Positions 61,401 to 64,000 of a stretch of DNA of 64,000 nt are shown in pieces. Source of the DNA: Eukaryota sp. GEM-RC1. Lineage: Eukaryota. The stretch lies in the NCBI GenBank assembly GCA_040285855.1, contig JAUFOQ010000005.1, forward strand, positions 248,001 through 312,000. Direction: 5' to 3'. The notes below the pieces were generated by a model. The model was not told the origin of the DNA. It saw nothing but the letters and a program-made list of their open reading frames with translations, and made no database searches. Made by a program: the position numbers and the translations under genes. Position 1 is the stretch's first letter. The number at the start of each line of letters is the position of its first letter.

Positions 61401-63797
61401 CTCTAGCAAGATACCTGTTCTTGGTGACAGTTTTTACGACTCGTAGTATCAGTGCTCCGAACTTTCTCAATGTTTAATTGTTTTAACTTGTGGCTTTCAA
61501 TCTTAGACAATGAAGGGTTTCACCACCAGTTTAGTTTTAGATAAGCTATGTAGTTTATCTATACATTGAGTTTATACATGGTAGTTGACGTGACGCCACT
61601 GTAACTCATCGCAACGTTTGTGTATAAAGTTTATTGATCAAATTTAAATGAGATGATCTATTCTTAATTTTAAAGCCCAATTATTTTTATTCAAAGTAGA
61701 CTGAATATGGGATGCATTGTGTGGACGCGGTAAAGGGGAAACATCGATTCCTGTGTATTGGTTTTCCCAATATATTGGATGGTTACTCCTAGAACTCATT
61801 TTCTGTAGAAGTCCAGTGATCTTGAGTAAGCCATATTTTCAAGATATGTTACTCAATTAACACTTCAGAGCTCTTTTTTTGGTCGAGTAGTTATCCAATA
61901 TTGCTTTCCGTAATGTTTGATTCTTAAACAGTTTGGCATTACGATTAAGGAACTCTCTCGATTGGACAATCAATCCCTTTTGATTCCACTAATCTAAATG
62001 CAAGATGTTGATGGAAAAACAAATCATAATTTTCCCATCCAGGATGATTACGATTAGGTGTTGACGTATTGTTGTAGTTGGAAAATCATTGTAGGGATAA
62101 GCTTTAGAGGAAGGACAGAGCTGACACTTTCGTTTATTGTGCGGTTCCCTTGAAATGAAGTTATCAACACTGGCTCGTAAAGACGGTGAAGTTAAGGAAA
62201 GAGAAGTTGGTTCTGAGCTGGAGATCTCTTCTACATCTTGATCTACAAGGGGGAGGTCGAGATGAAGGAGAGCGTCGTTGACGTCCTGTATTGGGGTCTA
62301 CTACAGCTTCTAATAGTACTCCGGGAGTTTCATCTTCATCAGAAGAAATTACAAAGGGATCTGGAGGTTGAGGAATCCGTGGTTTCTCAAATTCTCACTT
62401 TTGTGATAAAATACCTATGAATAGAACAACATTCGACGAATACAAATACTGAACCACCTCGATATTACTTCTTTTTTCCTATGAATAACATTTCCGCTGA
62501 TATTTGTGTTTACAAGGCAAGAAATTGAGTCAGGACGTCGTTTTTCAATAATGAGCTTATTTTAGCACATCCTTCTGGTTGGATTGTCCATCCTAATATA
62601 ATTGTTGTGGAAGTAAATCAAGCAGACGCATTGGACGAATGTTTTCCTCCTCTATTGATCGTCGTATATTTGTTGATCTTAACGAATGACAACAAATATT
62701 TTTTTGGAGGTGAGACTAATTTCCAACAATGATAATTAGTCTGAGTGAGACTAGTTACCATGATTAGTGTACCACAGTTGAAATAAGAGGATTTGAACTT
62801 CTTGATTTGTCCTGATAACATCTTCAAAGTTTACATTTAATCTACAGAATTGTCCAGTACATCACTAAAATTCAAAATGTGCTTGGTTGTGTTTAGTTAA
62901 TGAAAGTGTAAAAACAAAACTTCTTTCAATGACCATTACTAATGATAAAATTACCACTTCAAAACAGAGACAATCAAATTTGAAAACCATCTTTGTCTAC
63001 CATCTCAGATCGTATATTACTATACATAACTCGTTTGCAAGAGGATATTACACATCAATGGTTTCACACAAAATCATTACTACTGTTACACCTTCACAAT
63101 AGTTTGATATTCAGAAAGTTGGGATTGTCTCTTACATCAACAACAATCAGAGTTAAAAATTCTTGATTTTGTTCAGATTTAAAGTTGATTGTCTTCTGAA
63201 ACACTATCCAGTAGATCTGTTAAAAATGAAAAGAAGAACTGAAATTCTTTTACTAGAATAGCCATATATGTAAACAACTCTTTCTTCCTGGAAATTTTGT
63301 GCTTATAATGTGCTAGACATCTTCAATCTGATATGAACGACCTTAACGAAGTAGATGTGTATTAAATTCCAGCATTTAGAACTGGTTCTAATTTACTTGA
63401 TTTACGTAACTCTCAATTGAAATGCAGTACTACTAGTAGTATTATCAATTAATTATTTGCAATAGTTTACTGCCTTGAACAAGCAAGGACATTAAACTCG
63501 ATTAATGAGTGTATGTTTAGACTAAACTAGCAAATGAATTAAATGAATTGGAATTACAGTATATGTACGGGTGGATGCAAAATTCACGAACAATTTTGTC
63601 TTTTGCCTTATGTCTTCTTTTATTTCGCTACAATGTCCATGTTTTTGGAACGTTTGTCAACACACTTGTGTGAGCGAAGAAGTGGCTAGTTGGTTGAGTG
63701 GCGATGTCAATCTTTCTACCTGTATTGTTTTACACACATATAGTGAGTTGTGTTGATTAAGTGTCTAAAGTACAATTTAGTACCTGTCAAAAGTATT

Positions 63798-63931
63798 AAT
63801 AGAGTACTAAGATCCACACTAATTAAGTCCAAAATTAACACTATAAAAAAGCAAGAAAATAGAATTAGTGTGGACCACACTAATTAAAATCCACACTAAT
63901 TCTTTATCCACACTAAATACACAAATTGCTG
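63798..63931. other. 134-bp insertion flanked by a 20-bp duplication, rich in CCACACTAA repeats
   Basis: TAGTACCTGTCAAAAGTATT at 63778-63797 and 63932-63951; single copy in copy A at ~26531. Confidence 0.85.
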
Positions 63932-64000
63932 TAGTACCTGTCAAAAGTATTGCTCTCGATTTGCAATAATCTACTTAGATAGTTTTGCCAGCAATACTGA

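Larger units (their letters stand above)
40485..64000 (+). repeat. Segmental duplication, copy B (continues past the window end)
   Basis: Colinear with ~1228-26600; the last bases match 26560-26600. Confidence 0.95.

Noticed and set aside
63810..63920. Telomeric repeat or telomere-addition site (CCACACTAA)
   Set aside because: Copies are irregularly spaced, in both orientations, and enclosed by a 20-bp duplication rather than forming a tandem array.
1..64000. tRNA/rRNA genes, spliceosomal introns and a species assignment
   Set aside because: No RNA gene or intron could be recognised by eye; the sequence supports only an intron-poor unicellular eukaryote.

Overview
AT-rich, apparently intron-free DNA from a unicellular eukaryote (standard genetic code, 1-bp indels typical of long-read assembly). 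The window is mostly a large direct segmental duplication: about 1.2-26.6 kb is repeated at about 40.5-64 kb and runs off the window end. Each copy carries an RNI-like LRR gene, a minimal RBR E3 ligase, a dNK/thymidylate-kinase-like gene, a tandem-BTB + ALK/LTK-type glycine-rich gene, and a long decayed mosaic of gene fragments. Between the copies lie a large LRR pseudogene, interrupted by a 934-bp gag-only LTR element and a near-intact autonomous hAT transposon, and a third, inverted BTB-glycine-rich paralog. Comparing the copies gives filled and empty sites for many insertions. Four results stand out: (1) the three BTB-glycine-rich paralogs have a near-invariant scaffold with about 7 hypervariable loops and patchwork ancestry; (2) three distinct hAT families inserted at the same 8-bp target, CTAAATTC, about 30 bp upstream of that gene; (3) a gag-only mini LTR element has identical 91-bp LTRs and a palindrome where the PBS should be; (4) several short insertions have variable-length target duplications but no TIRs or poly(A). 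All calls come from reading motifs by eye; no database searches were run.
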